Assembly: GCF_006345805.1 (NCBI RefSeq)
Contig: NC_043000.1
Location: 135,036,001 to 135,100,000, forward strand
Source: Octopus sinensis
Lineage: Eukaryota
Reading direction: 5' to 3'
Length of the DNA stretch: 64,000 nt
In this document: positions 1-13,492 of the stretch, one piece after another
Layout of the letters: each line of letters starts with the position of its first letter
Position numbering within the stretch: position 1 is the stretch's first letter
Position numbers and translations under genes: made by a program
The notes under the pieces: generated by a model
The model's input: the letters and a program-made list of their open reading frames with translations, nothing else
The model's database searches: none
What the model was told of the DNA's origin: nothing

Positions 1-1817
1 GACTCGAGGAATTCATAGAAGCTGCTACATTGTGAGATCGAATCCTAGATCTCGGGATTACGAAATAAACTTCTTGACCATTTAATTATACTGAGAGTAA
101 ATAGCTCAGTCTGCTAATGCCAACACAATTAATCTTCATAGTACTCCACTTATTTGTGAGATGCCACAGACTGGATTTTGACAGCTGTAGCAGAAACTAG
201 AAAACTGAAGTATTGAACTGTTTATCATTTACATCCCCCGAACCAGAAAACTATAACAAAATTGCCAACCAATATTTCATTTAGTCGATGAAACAATCAT
301 ACCACTTGCTTTAACTTTCGAGCCACAAATGGCCAATTTCAATAAATTGCCATTTGAAACTACAAGAATTTGTTTGCGAAGGGAAAATAGTGAGCCTGTT
401 TTGTGACTTAGGTGATTAACAGGTGTAGTATTTTGCCAAGTTGTGAGTTACATATACAACTATTCAAATCAGTACTACAACAAGGAATTTGGTATCCTAT
501 CACCGATGATGTGCTGAACCTATGAAAAAGTTATTCAACTTTTGCCGACTCTGTGTACTTAGTTGTAAACAGGTGTACTTTGCTGCATTTCAGTTCTGTT
601 AAAATAGTACACTTTCAAACTAACTTGTGACTTGCTAGCTTGCATTTCTGTGTTCAAACGAGTAAAACACCGATATATCTTGTCTACAAAAAATTATGCG
701 TTTTATGTGTGTTTTAACATTCTTTCTAAACATTCCAGCATGATTTTCATGAATTATAAAATGAAATAGTTATGTGAATAAGGTGAGTGATTTGTTTCAA
801 CGACATAATCCAACGAAAGCCAAAGATAAGCAAAATTTTCATTCATTGTTCATTACTTACATGTACGAAGTACCAGATTCGTGATAACTTAACTGCTTCA
901 GAGTAACATAGTCACAAGGCCCGGTCGCTGGTTCATTGTTGTTTTTGTTTTTTAACCCCAAGTCAATTCTGATCAGTTAGAACTATGATCAAAGGCATTC
1001 TGGTTGTAGCCATCCTGTATTCCTTTTTTTTTTTTTTTTTGCTTATACACATTGTAATTAGAAGTAGTCATCTTAGTACCAGACAATTTTTGTTATTTTT
1101 TAGGGCGGCTAGAAGTACCAAGCTGCTCCGCAGAATTTTTTAAAGACTCTAGAAAATCCATATTAACACTGGCTTGGAGGAGCTTGTAAAATATATTTTT
1201 CATAATTTTTCATACAAAAATGACTAGTAAAACAAAGTAAGCAATAACCTTTTTTTTTTCTATGAATTTCAAACTCTAAAACTTTTGAAAATTTTTCCAT
1301 GCTCGAAGCCCCGTTTTTATAACTTGCTATGCGAAGATTACCAGTATTTTTTTCTTTGCTTGTTTTTTTTTTTTGTGGGAGATCCTTTGTGTTGCAAGGT
1401 CATAAAGATTGAGTTAGGGAGTAATATGAGTAATATGTGGCAGATCTAACTGATATTTAGAGCATTCATAGTGAATACGTAGAAGCTCCTTCGTTACATC
1501 TTCGAATGTATCAAAATTCAATACAAATGCCCGTTCACTACTTGAGCTTTGATAATAAATTAACAAATTCAATAAACACCTTAAAGTAAGAAGAAACCAG
1601 GTAATTATTAGGTATTTAATTTAGAATTGCCTAATATTTTAGCTCCTTCAAGTTTGTTCCATCTTTTCAATTCTATTCTATTTTGCTCTCAATCAATACT
1701 ACTTCTGGCACTGCTGAAGGAGATGGTGATAATGATGAAGGTTATTGAAGTGGAATTTGTGGAGGTGGCTGTATTACTTCTATTACACGTATGCTAAGTG
1801 TCTGTTTGTTTTTGTTG

Positions 1818-1849
<32 letters not shown>

Positions 1850-2089
1850 GAAGATGAAGATGAAGATGATGATACTGAAGTTGCTTGTGCTGCTGCTCGG
1901 GCTGTTACTGCTGTTAAGTTTGCTAATGTTACTGTTCTTGTTAATGACGATGATGATGTTATTACAGCTGTTGCTTCTCTCTTATTAGCTGATTTTACTG
2001 ACTGCTGCTACTGCTACTACTACTACTACTACTACTAATATTTTCCTTCTATCCTTCGCAGATTCTCCTAATTGTAAATTTCTGGTGTG

Positions 2090-3450
2090 CATCTAGCCAC
2101 AAGAATGCACTTATTTATGCAAATAATTGTACCGAATTTACTGACAATATTAACAAGAGCACTCAGAGATTGTAAACCGCCACCAAAGTTTCTTTATTTT
2201 AGCACTACGGCCACAACACAGAGGGGACACTACAAAGACATCACAGTGGGGACAAAAAAACATAAAACGAATGAAAATGAGATGTTATATAAAAATGAAA
2301 AATGAAATGGCTGCATGGGTCCCACTCCCATATACCATTTGAATGTTAATATAAATTATTTACCATCGTTCTATTATCGTATTGTTTTTCTCGCTTTTTC
2401 CTCTTTTTTTCAAAATGAAACAATTTTACTTTTTTTCCTTCTTTCTTCAATAAAACAATTTTACTTACTATTTTTTACTTTCTACTACCTCATGAAAGGT
2501 TCTTAATCTTTTAGCTCCACTATTGGTGGCAATTCATCGAACTCCACCATTACACCTGGCGGGTCAATCCCTTCTCCTCATATGTCATTTAGTCTGTTGT
2601 AACAATAACTACATTTTTCTTATCTTTATTTAGTTTCTTATATTGTCTATTATTATTATCTATATTTTTGCTGTTTGAGTTATTACTAGGATTACCTGTT
2701 ATATTATTAAGGTGTTCGTAGTAATTAAAGAATTTTATATTAGAGTTATATCCTGCTTCTTAATATGGGGCATGTTTATTAAAAGTGTCATAATCTGAGG
2801 ATAGCATAGATTCTCTTTTGCCTATATTATCTATTAAAGCTTCTTTAACTGATCTAGGATTGTTTCTTAAAATACTAATATACATTAAATTTTCATTCAA
2901 CTTATGGAATGGATGGATCTTATTAGTGACAAGATTAATGCTGACGTCTAGGTAATTTACTGCATAGTGTTCATTCTCTATAGATATCCCTAGGCTATAA
3001 TTCTTAACGAACTTGTACATTTTCTTCTTAAGACATTCTAATGACCTATTAGTACAGTTCCTGGTTATAAGTAGGAGGTCGTCCCGATAAAGACCACCCT
3101 CTATATTCGTAAATTCTATCTCTAGTTCAGATAAAAGATATAATCCTACAAGATTGGTAACTTTGGCAGAACCAGGGGCACCCATGGGTATATCAAAACA
3201 ATCTCTTGTGTCTTTTCTTGCGGATAGTTTATCTTTATATTTTATAATAGACTTCCTCACGGCCAACATCGCTTTGACTTCTTCAAATAACATATTTACC
3301 TTTCTCATGGTTCTACTCATTTATAAATTCCCATAGTGCTCTGCTATCTTCACTTCCTCTAATCACCATTTTGAAAGACATATTTCTTCTACCATAGGAG
3401 GATATACATCTGCATTTTTTATGTAATTTTTCACATTTAATCACAGACAT
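2090..3450 (-). mobile_element. Penelope-like retroelement fragment (reverse transcriptase core and thumb, decayed)
   Basis: ORF 2760-3320 contains PLE RT motifs: FDIPMGAPGS (motif B), GLYRDDLL (YxDD), VNYLDVSINL, then PFHKLNENLMYI..NNPRSVK..I.KR.S.LSS...F.K.APY. After the stop the frame continues EAGYN. Upstream NVKN..DVYPP resembles motif A. Stops and frameshifts are present. Outer limits are approximate. Confidence 0.82.
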
Positions 3451-3794
3451 TTTTATTCTGATGTATATTTATATTTTATATTTTGTATTTGACATTATAT
3501 ACTTGACTTTTAAGTTTGATATATGTGTACTAATTTATCTTTATAATTTATAATTTATAATTCTTAACTTTATAACGTATAATTTTTAATTTTTAATGTT
3601 TAACTTAACACTTAATTTTAAGGTGATGTAAAATTAGATTAACAATATTTTGTTAATCTGAAGATGTTTTGGTAGAATTGTAAATATGTTGATTGCATAT
3701 ATATATTTATATATGTATATATACCGGAATAAACACATAAATGTGAAACAAGGTGGAAAAAAGAGTACTCAAATACCAGTGGTAGAGTAATATG

Positions 3795-3850
3795 CTTTAT
3801 TTAAAGCAGCAGAAAATTCAACCTTGAATTTTCTGCTGCTTTAAATAAAG
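3795..3850. repeat. Perfect fold-back hairpin, 27-bp arms with a 2-nt loop
   Basis: ctttatttaaagcagcagaaaattcaa-cc-ttgaattttctgctgctttaaataaag; the arms are exact reverse complements. Confidence 0.97.
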
Positions 3851-4189
3851 TATATGTATATATATGTATATGTATATATATTATAATCTTCCAATACTGA
3901 AAGATGTGTAGTTCCTTTATAATTGATAATTTTAATTTCAACTTAAATAGGAGATAATTAAGGAAGCATATTTTATACCCTGCTGGTATACTGGTTATAT
4001 CCTTTACAAAAGTATTATTTCGTGATGTGCAAGTAGACACCACGAGTTTACCTTCAGATATACTCATTAGGTTATTTTTGTATTATCTGAAATAGAATGC
4101 CCGCGTAGCTATTTATCCCCAAAAATGTATTATATATATATATATATATATAATTTGCTGGTTTCAGTCAAAAGCTGAGTCCATGCTAG

Positions 4190-6876
4190 AGAAACACCCT
4201 TCAGAGTGATTGAATTTCTTTTCTGTATTCTTTCTGGTGAAGTAGTGAGTTGAACGATGCTTCTTTTCTTTGTGCCCCCTGTCATGATGTGGGTTCATCT
4301 GGTACTGCAGGTAAAAATATATCCAGACGCTCTTTGAAGACCCTCTACATCTTTCAAATTTCTGAGGCTGTTTGGCAGAATGTTGAACAGCTGTGGACCC
4401 TTGAAACCCAAGCTACATTGTACTGGGCCTGTATTCCAGATGGAGAAGACATAATCTTTTGTACTATGCAGCTTTTCCCAGTCTGTTGATTGGTATAGCT
4501 CTCAATTCCAAAGGTGGCTGTTGGATCTTCCAGGATCTTCCATATGTATATTTCTGTATATCTTTCAAGCCTTCTCTTTAGGGTGGTAGAGCTTCAGTTC
4601 CTTTAGCCTTTCAAGATTCCTTTAGCCCACCTGTTTCATCTAGTCAATCTATTTGGTTTAGTGGCACCTCATTGCCTTACGTTCTGCCACCTGTTTGACG
4701 CTCTGTGGTGACCACAGTTGGGAGCAATAATCCGGGCGACTGAGAACGAAAGTTTTCCATGTGAGTAGCATGGTATTCTTTATCTTAGTCCTGAATAATC
4801 TCATAATTCATCCAAATTCTCGTCCACATAGCGTTGCCATCTTGGTAATATGCACATGGAGTGTTGCATCACTGCTTATGTTGTTTCTCAAGTCACATTC
4901 TGACTCTGAATCTGGGATTTAACTAGCCCCCTAGCTACAACTGCCTGACTTCTGCCTTTCAAAAGGCATGCAGCCACTCTCCTAGCTCTCCATTGAAATC
5001 AAGTTCACGCAATCTGTGACATATCATTCCATGATCAACTTTGTCAACGAAGACATGTTGTGTGTTGTTATTTTCTTCAAGCAACGTAATCAGCCTTCTT
5101 TTGATAATGTGTTCCATTACCTTGCAAACAAGAGAAATCAGAAAGATATGCCTGTGATTTTAGCACCTACTCTGTTTCCTCCTTTACGGACAGGGTATAT
5201 TATACTTTCTTGTGACATTTTGTGAAGCTTACTACATGCAAGGAAACTTTGAAAAAAATATCTGCTGTGGTTTTGCGGGTGCTTTCTTACATGTCTTTAA
5301 AAGAAGGACCGAAATTCCATCTGGGCCGATTGCTGAGTTCAAGTTCATCTCATCAATGGCTGATATTACATTTTCCTCTTTTATGTCGATGTAATCCGTA
5401 GCTGCCTCTTTCCCATGTAGATCTGCGGTGTTGAAAAACCCATCAGACTCACTTATTTGCATATTTTCCTGTGGAGTAGCGAAGACACTTTGGAATTGTT
5501 TATTTAGCACTTCTCTTATCCTATCCTCCTAGAGTTTACAATTAGCAAAACAGTGGCCCTTCTTGTAGTGTACCGAGAGGAATTCTTTGCAAACAAAGAA
5601 GGCTTTAGGATTCATTTTTATATTTTCCACCGCACTGGTTTCTCTTTCAAACCTTTCCTTTTCATAAGAGTCTGAATTTTTGATCACTAAGAGTGCCTCT
5701 TTGAGGATGTATTTCTCACTATCATTAAACTTTTCATTTAAGCGATAGGGGATCTTTATTTTTCGTCTTATCAGGACCCTCCTGTCTTATGAAATGTTGA
5801 TTTGTATGTAATGGCTCTCTTCTCTGGAAAAATTCAATGCATACGGCTCGCATTATTCTTTTCTACTCTAGGCAAAAGGCCCGAAAATTTGGGTGAGGGA
5901 ACTTAATTTATCGACCCCGAAACGATGAAAGGCAAAGTCGACCTCGGCGGAATTTGAACTCAAAACGTAACGACAGACGAAATACCGATAAGCATTTCGC
6001 CCGGCGTGCTAACGTTTCTGCCAGTTCACCGCCTTATACGGCTTGCATTATTGACATGAATTCTTTAAGTTTTATATCGATGTCTGGCATAGGGACTTTT
6101 GAACCAATTGACTTCTAGTCAGCTTTGTAAAAGTACAGTTAAATGCACAGAACGATTTTGAATATGTCAACAAGATTAATCTTGTGACATTTTCTTAGAT
6201 GTACAACGCAATTCTACCGTGACTTTCATTTTCTTGTGTTGCATACATTGCTATGTATCTTTGCATTACTTATGTCAGCAGATAGATGAGTCTCATGCAG
6301 AAAGATTATTCAGGTACGCAGTTTTGCGTTTGCTGTTGATTTGAAAGATGCCACTGATATTTATTAGAATCGCAGTGATGTTTGGCTTTGCGGCCATAGT
6401 GGCCTTCCAGGGTTTATTATTTGTCGCGGTTTCGTGTGTGGGTGTGCATAGCTTCGTTTTGTTTACAACTGTGCCAGCTACTTCACTATCTTTTGTGCCA
6501 TATATAAAAAAATTCTGCTGTTCTACGGTTGCAGGTCGCTCGGCATCTACATACACCTTTTTAATTGTCATATTCACTGCAGGTTTGCATTGGGATACGA
6601 GTCCCTCTGGATGTGGTTTTATCCTACCTTGTCGGCAAAGTGGAAATTGTATTTGCCATAGGTTACATTCTGCCGACTTTTGGAAGTGCAAAGCAACAAT
6701 TCGTTCCCTTCTTTCCATGTCAGCAGTCATTTTTAGAGAGAATTTACAGAAGGTACGTACTTCACATACTGTTTTGGTTCCTAATGGTGGTGGTAGGGTT
6801 GCGGTTTTCCTTTTAACTCTGAACTCTGTTTCATCAAGCTTTCGGTTGGTTCCTATACCTTCACCACTGGTATAAG

Positions 6877-6933
<57 letters not shown>

Positions 6934-7200
6934 CTGTGTGTGCTTGTGTGTGTGCGTGCGTGTGTGCGCGCGTGTGTGTGCGTGCGTGTGTATGCGTGTG
7001 TGTGTATATATATATAAACATGCAAGCGTGTCTCTGTATAATTGCGTGCAATATATTTTCGCTTTTGGTAGTTTCCTATTTATTTGATCCAACAGGTTCA
7101 CATTCGTCCTATTATTATTTGGTTTTTGACGTAATTCTTCAGTCAATATTTATACATGTTCTCAAGGCTATGACCAATAAAATATGTCTTCATTTCTGTT
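4190..7200 (-). mobile_element. CR1-like LINE with large internal deletions, interrupted by a SINE (5858-6035) and a microsatellite (6876-7020)
   Basis: Across frameshifts, 5' to 3': Cys/His-rich ORF1-like region (FCKFSLK..HGKKGTNC..CRQG..PHP..CK); APE start (LINISG, HETHLSADI, HGRIALYI); NFYKAD; AVENIKMNPKAFF; LNKQFQSVF..IGPDGISVLLLKTCK; PVRKGGNR..SLVCKVMEHII; DKVDHG; WKTFVLSRPDYCSQLWSP; YCNSLGFKGPQLFNILP..VFKERLDIFLPAVPDEP. Most of the RT core and the APE C-terminal half are missing. Confidence 0.85.
5858..6035 (-). mobile_element. tRNA-derived SINE, family 1 (head GGCGGCGAGCTGGCAGAA), internally deleted, with 17-bp TSD
   Basis: A-box-like TGGCAGAAACGTTAG and B-box-like GAGTTCAAATTCC on the minus strand. 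TSD atacggctcgcattatt (5841-5857) / atacggcttgcattatt (6036-6052). Confidence 0.92.
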
Positions 7201-7528
7201 TCAGACATATGCACACATACGTATGCAAACATACACACACACATCCACATACATACATACATGCATACATGCATACATACATACATACATGCATACATAC
7301 ATACATACACACATACTCACACACATATACACACACACACACATATTCTTAAGAATGTACTATTTAACAAACAAGAATAATAAGAATGGTTCAAGATTTT
7401 CAACATGGCCTTTTGTTTAATTTCCTTTGCTTACACTCTTTCATATTTCACACACACACACAAATACACGTTTGAGTGTGTATGTATACATATATATGTA
7501 TGCATATTGAACGTTTGTAATCATTATA

Positions 7529-7577
<49 letters not shown>

Positions 7578-7586
7578 TATATATAT

Positions 7587-7645
<59 letters not shown>

Positions 7646-8624
7646 TATATATATATATATATATTAATACATTTATATTCAAGTATGAGTATGTGTATGT
7701 GTGTGTATACATACGCACTAGTGTATTTCTATGCATGGTGCTTGCACTATTATTATTGAAACACAAGCATTATTTTTAAGCATGCATTTATAACCACATG
7801 AACACATCACAATATATATATGCAAATACTCATACGCCCTTATATAATTACGCACACGAATATATATTTGCATAAATGTACACAGTGTACATTTACATTA
7901 TATAGAAGTACGCATCTACATGTTTATAGCTATATATATATACATACGTGTGTGTACGTGTGTGTACGTGTGCATTTTCTTTTTGTTTTTCTATGTGCAC
8001 TTTCTCATCTTTCTCTCTACGTCTATTACACATACGCACACATTTTCTCTCCCTCTTTCCCTCTTCTTATTATTTTCCCCTCTCTCTCCTTTCTTCCGCT
8101 TTCTTTCTTTCTTTCTTTCTTTTCGGTTTGCTGTCGGCGATCTCTTGACACTATCGTGTTGTTACAACGTAACCGTCTTGTTTTGCTTATGCTCTGAAAT
8201 TCTGTGACTAATTACAGTTATATTTCAACAGAAACGCATCAACAGATGTTATAAATAACGGCATCAAAAGACTGGAGACAAGCAAATGATGGCTGCATAA
8301 ATAACTGCTATTGGTAATGTAGCAGAAATACTAAATTTAGATTTTTCATCGTTTCACTAAAATAATGTTTTGTTATGTACTGCAAAACGAAAAAATATAA
8401 AATGAAATGGAAAGTAATTTATATGAATAAATTTCATAAGAATTGTCTAAGATATATATAATTAAATAAGTTGAAGTCAACGAGAAGGAGTACAGTTGGG
8501 AGTCAACATGAAGGAGTACATTTATTTCCAATGACTACAATTGTTTCTACGCAAAGTAGAGTGAAATCTTAAGGTGACGAACTTTTTGCTGTACTCTACT
8601 ACAGAATATAACATAACTATATAT

Positions 8625-8745
8625 ATCACCCTGATAACCGTGACCAACTAGGCTATCAGATGTTGCTACACATTGCTGATCACAATGCGCTTCGCATTGT
8701 TTTCGCCTTCAAATGACGCCACCCCTGGCTAAGCGAGCAGGCCAA
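8625..8745 (+). repeat. Reverse-complement copy of the 3' module found on the tRNA-Arg-headed SINE at 62910-63204; another copy at about 32350-32440
   Basis: Shared sequence ggctatcagatgttgctacacat(t/c)gctg(a/g)tcacaatgcgcttcgcattgtttt..ccttcaaatgacgccacccc. Confidence 0.85.
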
Positions 8746-8769
8746 CTATATATGTATATATATATATAT

Positions 8770-9030
8770 ACAAAATGGAACAACAAAACATCCAGATAGA
8801 CGATACAAAGAAAACAAGGACGGGTCATTCGGAGTTTTTTCTTTTCTCAGTCGTGTACCAGATTATCTTCGCAATTTTGGCTGATTATACTCGAGATAGC
8901 TCAAATCTGGCCAGCCTCAAAAAAAACTAAGCTAATAGCATTAGATTCCTTGGAAGAAAGCAGCGAATGTATGCAAAAACAAGGACGGAAAAAACGGTGT
9001 ATGTTACACAAATACAATAAAAATAATAAT
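8770..9030. repeat. Dispersed non-coding repeat embedded in (TA)n, possibly a Penelope-type terminal segment; related copies at about 33705-33875 and 34745-34935
   Basis: All three share aaca..acatccagatag..acaaggacgggtcattcg..tcagtcaag..gatcatcctcgcagtttcggctgatta..gagat..aatctggccagcc..aaaactaagctaag. Class assignment is inference. Confidence 0.7.
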
Positions 9031-9051
9031 AATAAAACATAACAACAGGTG

Positions 9052-9113
<62 letters not shown>

Positions 9114-9478
9114 ATATAATAACAAGGAGAACGAAGCTTACGTGTATGTTTATTTGAACCATATTGTATATATATATATGAGTCTATGTATGTATTTGCA
9201 ACTTTGAGCTTCTTTCCTTTAACATTTCGATTATGAAATCTCTTCACTGAAAACGGAGGCTCGTCTCATCCTATGATGGAATCAATTCTCAAATATTATT
9301 ATGGATTATCGAGACCCCAGAAGCAGCTGTTAGATTTGTAGTACATTTCTTCAACCCCTTTTAATTTTCCATATCCTTTGTATTGTGTAAGTCGAGCCTT
9401 TTTATATGTATACATATATACATCTTTGTATTTCATATATTCAATATACTTTATATATTGGTCTAAATTGCTTATCCT

Positions 9479-9551
<73 letters not shown>

Positions 9552-9698
9552 TATGTATATATGTATATATATATATATGTACATATATATACACATATAT
9601 ACAATATATCTACATATATATATATACATATATATGCACACATATTTATATATACACACACATATATATGTACACATATATATGTACACATATATATA

Positions 9699-10443
9699 CA
9701 ACAACTTGGAAAGGTTCCTAAACTCGGAAAATGAGTGCCTCATGAATTGTCCGAAAGCAACCGCAAATCCCGAGTTGACATCTGCTCTTCTCTCCATTCT
9801 CGCGAACTCATTTCACCCTTTATGGATAGACTTGTGACTGGTGACGAAAAATAGATCTTCTATCGAAATATTAAACGTCGTGTAACCGAGAAAGGAACTT
9901 CATGGAAAAAGGTTCTTCTCTATATCTGGCGGGATAGCAATGGAATAATTCACTTTGAATTTTTACTACCTAATGCAACAATCAATGCTCGAGTCTACTG
10001 TCAGCAGTTAGAGCGTCTTCAAGCTTTGAAGAAAAAAAGACCTGCTTTAGTGAATCGAAAAGGAATGATGTTTCATCAGGACAATGCGCGACCCAATACT
10101 GCAAAGATCACATCACAGAAGATCGAAGAGCTTAGTTGAGAAAAAATTCCTCATCCACCTTATTCTCCCAACCCTGCTCCTTCAGACTGCCATTTGTTTC
10201 GTAGTTTACAGAATCATTTCGGAGACATAACTTTTACAAACCAGGACGAGGTCGAAACTGACATTTCAGAGTTCTTCGCTTTGAAACCAAAAGAGTTTTA
10301 CATCGATGGGATTAAAAAGCTTGTAAATAGATGGAAGGATATCAGGAAAAGTACATCGATGATTAAATTTCAATTAAATAGAACATTTGATCACTTGTTT
10401 TCTTTATTCAAAATTCGGACAGAACTTATTGGATGACTTCATA
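9699..10443 (+). mobile_element. Mariner (D,D34D) transposase remnant with right TIR
   Basis: [15 protein letters not shown] (WVPHEL), [57 protein letters not shown]. Ends ..cggacagaacttattggatgacttca|ta. The 5' half is replaced by a (TA)n/(CA)n tract. Confidence 0.93.
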
Positions 10444-10589
10444 TATTTTTTATATTATTATTTAATTGAACCCACACGCATCCATTTCCAAGTGATTTAT
10501 CTTAACCTTTTTGATGCGACTCTGCTCTATACTGTTTTCCCCAATATCCTCTCTAATTCCCTTTTTTCTCCCTCTCACCTTTCTCTATC

Positions 10590-10855
10590 TGTCTCTCTCT
10601 CGTTGCTCCTACGTGACCATAGTCTGTTCTTCTTTTACTCACATGAACATCTTTCATTTCTACACAGACTTTCTAAGGACTGGACGTCTCCTATCACTCT
10701 CTTCTGTCTTTTCTCTTTTCGAAGTAAATATATTTCTCTCAGTGTTCACTGATCTTCCCCTAGTTCAGGTCTAACGTTCCTCCATGTTTGGTTTCGTTCA
10801 GTTTCCCTCTATGTCTGCACTGTCCTGCTTTTGTTCCTAACTTTGACCATCCATA
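10590..10855 (-). repeat. Dispersed repeat related to about 30240-30480 (opposite orientation)
   Basis: Both share ggtcaaagtt.g.aacaaaa.caggacagtg and gg(t/c)cacgt..gagcaacgagagag. Confidence 0.6.
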
Positions 10856-11078
10856 AATCCAAAATTTCACGTTTTTTATTATTGTATTTAATTTATTTTT
10901 TGCATTGTTGAAGTGTGGTAAACATTAAAAGAATCTTTAGTAATGTTCATAAAATTTAATTAGCTATTTCATGCGTTCGTAGTAATCATCAGATTTCAAA
11001 ATGTATTGACTGACAGTTGAGTTGAGGTCTTGACAACTGTAGTAAAATGACTGACTTCTTCCTTGTTATATCTTTTAG

Positions 11079-11147
11079 AAGGCTCCGACAAGCTGCATTT
11101 ATCGATGTAGCTATGTCTTGTGGCAGAACACGTTTCTGAATTCAGAG
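11079..11147 (+). other. Candidate spliced exon (69 nt), coding status unclear
   Basis: Branch-like CTGAC plus pyrimidine tract ttcttccttgttatatcttttAG acceptor, and GAG|GTGAGT donor. Only phase 0 is open (KAPTSCIYRCSYVLWQNTFLNSE). Confidence 0.35.
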
Positions 11148-12982
11148 GTGAGTATCAGATTTATGTCAAAAGAGCTAATAAGAAAGGAACAAATTCTACC
11201 ATGCTCTCACCTGTTTTCAACACATTAATCTAACTACCTTTCTCCAAAGGTTTTGCCGATATAAGGCAGAAATAACCAGGTTAAGGTAGATAAATGAAGA
11301 ACTATTGATCGGTTGCACATCTCACCGACGACACGCACTTAACTAAAAAAAAGAATTGTGTTTTGAAATTTTGCTAATGTATTATACGTATGTTTATTCT
11401 TTTCCATTTTGTTGGAATACAGTTTGCAATTGTTTTGTTTAGATATTTATTGTATATTGTTAAACTGCGAACAGTTTATGATCCCAAGAAAATACAACGA
11501 AAATGACAACACCACTTTCTCTCTCTTTCTTCTTTAGATGAAGGACATGCGTCCGAAACGTTGGATGTTTTACTCCTTACGGAAACTAAACTATAAAACT
11601 TTTCCACAAACTCTCTTATAATCTAACTGTTGTTGATTCATCTCGATTTGATCATAAGTATACAAAGTGCTTCAAGTTTATTGTTGATATTTGTTACTAT
11701 ATAACAGTACATATGCTTCAATTTGTTAATCTTTGATTAATTATATTTGAAATACATGAGTATATTAATAAAGTTAAGAAACATGGAAAATCAAAATAAA
11801 ATTATTATAGAAAACCTTCTATATGTTCCGTTGAAGAGAGCTTTATATTCCAGAACATTAAAGTCAAAGTAAATAGCTATATCTGCTCACATTAAGTATA
11901 GTACTTTAAAATTTCCACTATTCCTTACATTAGTATTTCAAATAAAAATGCATATAGACCTGAAACATGTATGAATATAACTATAATTCTTCTTGAGACA
12001 ACGGCACATAATTAATTTCACATATTTATCATAAAGCAGAATTAAATAATGGCATTGTAATAAATGTATTTTTATTTATAGTTTAATCGTAATGCAATAC
12101 GCTATAAGTTCTTTCATTTATGTAATTTATATTTGCGCTTAGTAAAAATTACATGGATAGAATGAAGGAGAAAAGTCTTAGATGAAACCGGTAGCATAAT
12201 TTTACAAACTGTGTGAAGAACCACCAGGCCAACAAAGGAGTATCAACGTGGTCACTATACTTTCTTAAAATAGCAGCAAATTGTCCCTCAAGTTTGACCG
12301 TTTTTTTTTTCTATGCTGTTCTAGATATACGATGCCTGAAAAAAGGCTAAGTATTCACTGTTAGCATATATTTGAACATATGCATAGGTGTTCAGTTTAA
12401 GAATCGAGAGTTGATCAACATTATCACGAACGCTATCATTAATACACTATATTCAAGTGAGCTTGAATTTTTTTTATTAGTTTCAGTATCATAGTACTTG
12501 TTACAAATATAACAGAACATAACAGATTTAAGTCATGGATTGAAGGTATAATAATATTAAGCCTTAAGTTTAGAAGAGAATTATGTTATAAATTTAGCTA
12601 ATAGACAAAAAACTTTTTCAGTTTTTTCTGTCGACTATTTTATCTATCTATCTCGCTCTTCTGCGCCATCTTCTAATAAGATATATATAATAAGTTTCAT
12701 ATATTCTCGTAGGAAAGAAACCAATTTTTTCCATAGGGTTTACAAATGATAAACAAATAAAACATTAAATGTTTCTCATTTTTGTACAGCGCAAAACATT
12801 AAATATATTTCTTGATATAACTATGTTCAAAATAAGATCACAACTAATCACATACTGATACTTTCATTACTGAAGACATCATCGTTGCTTTTTAACTCCA
12901 TTTCAGCCTTGATGAAGAATACAGACTTATTACTAAATATATTGCACCAATCATCATTCTTTCTTTCTTTTCCCATGAACAG

Positions 12983-13106
12983 TGCGTCCTGGAACACATA
13001 TTATCCAATGTGACAAGATATTCTCAGAAGAAAAATTAGTTTCGTTTTCTATTAGGCCAAGAGAGATTGCTTCAGATTTTGGTGACAGAGAAGAGTGTAA
13101 TCCAAG
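12983..13106 (+). CDS. Candidate coding exon of an unidentified gene
   Basis: Acceptor ttctttcttttcccatgaacAG and donor AAG|GTAAGT. Single open frame xRPGTHIIQCDKIFSEEKLVSFSIRPREIASDFGDREECNP(R), phase 1 to phase 2. An alternative acceptor exists at 13055. Confidence 0.35.
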
Positions 13107-13370
13107 GTAAGTAGTTCATGTACTAGATTAATAGACAGGAATACAAATGCAATATTTAATCATATATTATAAATAAACGGGGAATTGATCTACTCATTTC
13201 ATATACTATCACATTTACATAACTTTTAGTTGGTTCTTAGCTTTTATACTCTAATACTACAAAAAGCTGTTCGAGATGGCTCGGTCTTTATTCTTAAATG
13301 ATGATAGCGTACGAAGCAAATAGAGAGAAAGTAAGAAATTTTTATTCAGAAAGAAAAAATGAAATGTTTA

Positions 13371-13492
13371 TACAAGGTTGGCCAAAAGTCACCTGACAGT
13401 AAATGAATTTTTAATAAAAGCATCTAAATGTAAAACATCATGAAAATTGTTCAAACTGAAGTCCTTCTTGAGCGATACATTTTTCCATTCGA
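13371..13492 (-). mobile_element. 3' end fragment of a Tc1/mariner-family element
   Basis: Minus strand reads RMEKCIAQEGLQFEQFS*, a typical transposase C-terminus, and ends in TIR-like TA|CAAGGTTGGCCAAAAGTCACC. Confidence 0.6.

Noticed and set aside
739-782. AG..GTGAGT-bounded 44-nt segment; similar cases at 8232-8313 and 18651 onward
   Set aside because: Stops in all frames or no donor; cannot be distinguished from chance splice-like motifs without RNA data.
1745-2038. ORFs with poly-T/D/Y or poly-L/M
   Set aside because: Translations of (CTA)n and (GAT)n microsatellites.
3655-3695. CTGAAGA..AAATATGTTGATT near the Penelope fragment
   Set aside because: GAAA and stem II are not present; cannot be supported as a ribozyme.
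6348-6875. 175-aa hydrophobic + strand ORF that looks like a membrane protein, overlapping a 252-aa minus ORF
   Set aside because: It is the antisense shadow of the CR1-like leader/APE region; the minus strand carries NISG, ETHL and HGRIALYI endonuclease motifs.
9143-9246. Minus-strand exon-like segment KRFHNRNVKGKKLKVANT, reminiscent of an RRM end
   Set aside because: Similarity is too short, the segment includes TA-repeat sequence, and no partner exons were found.
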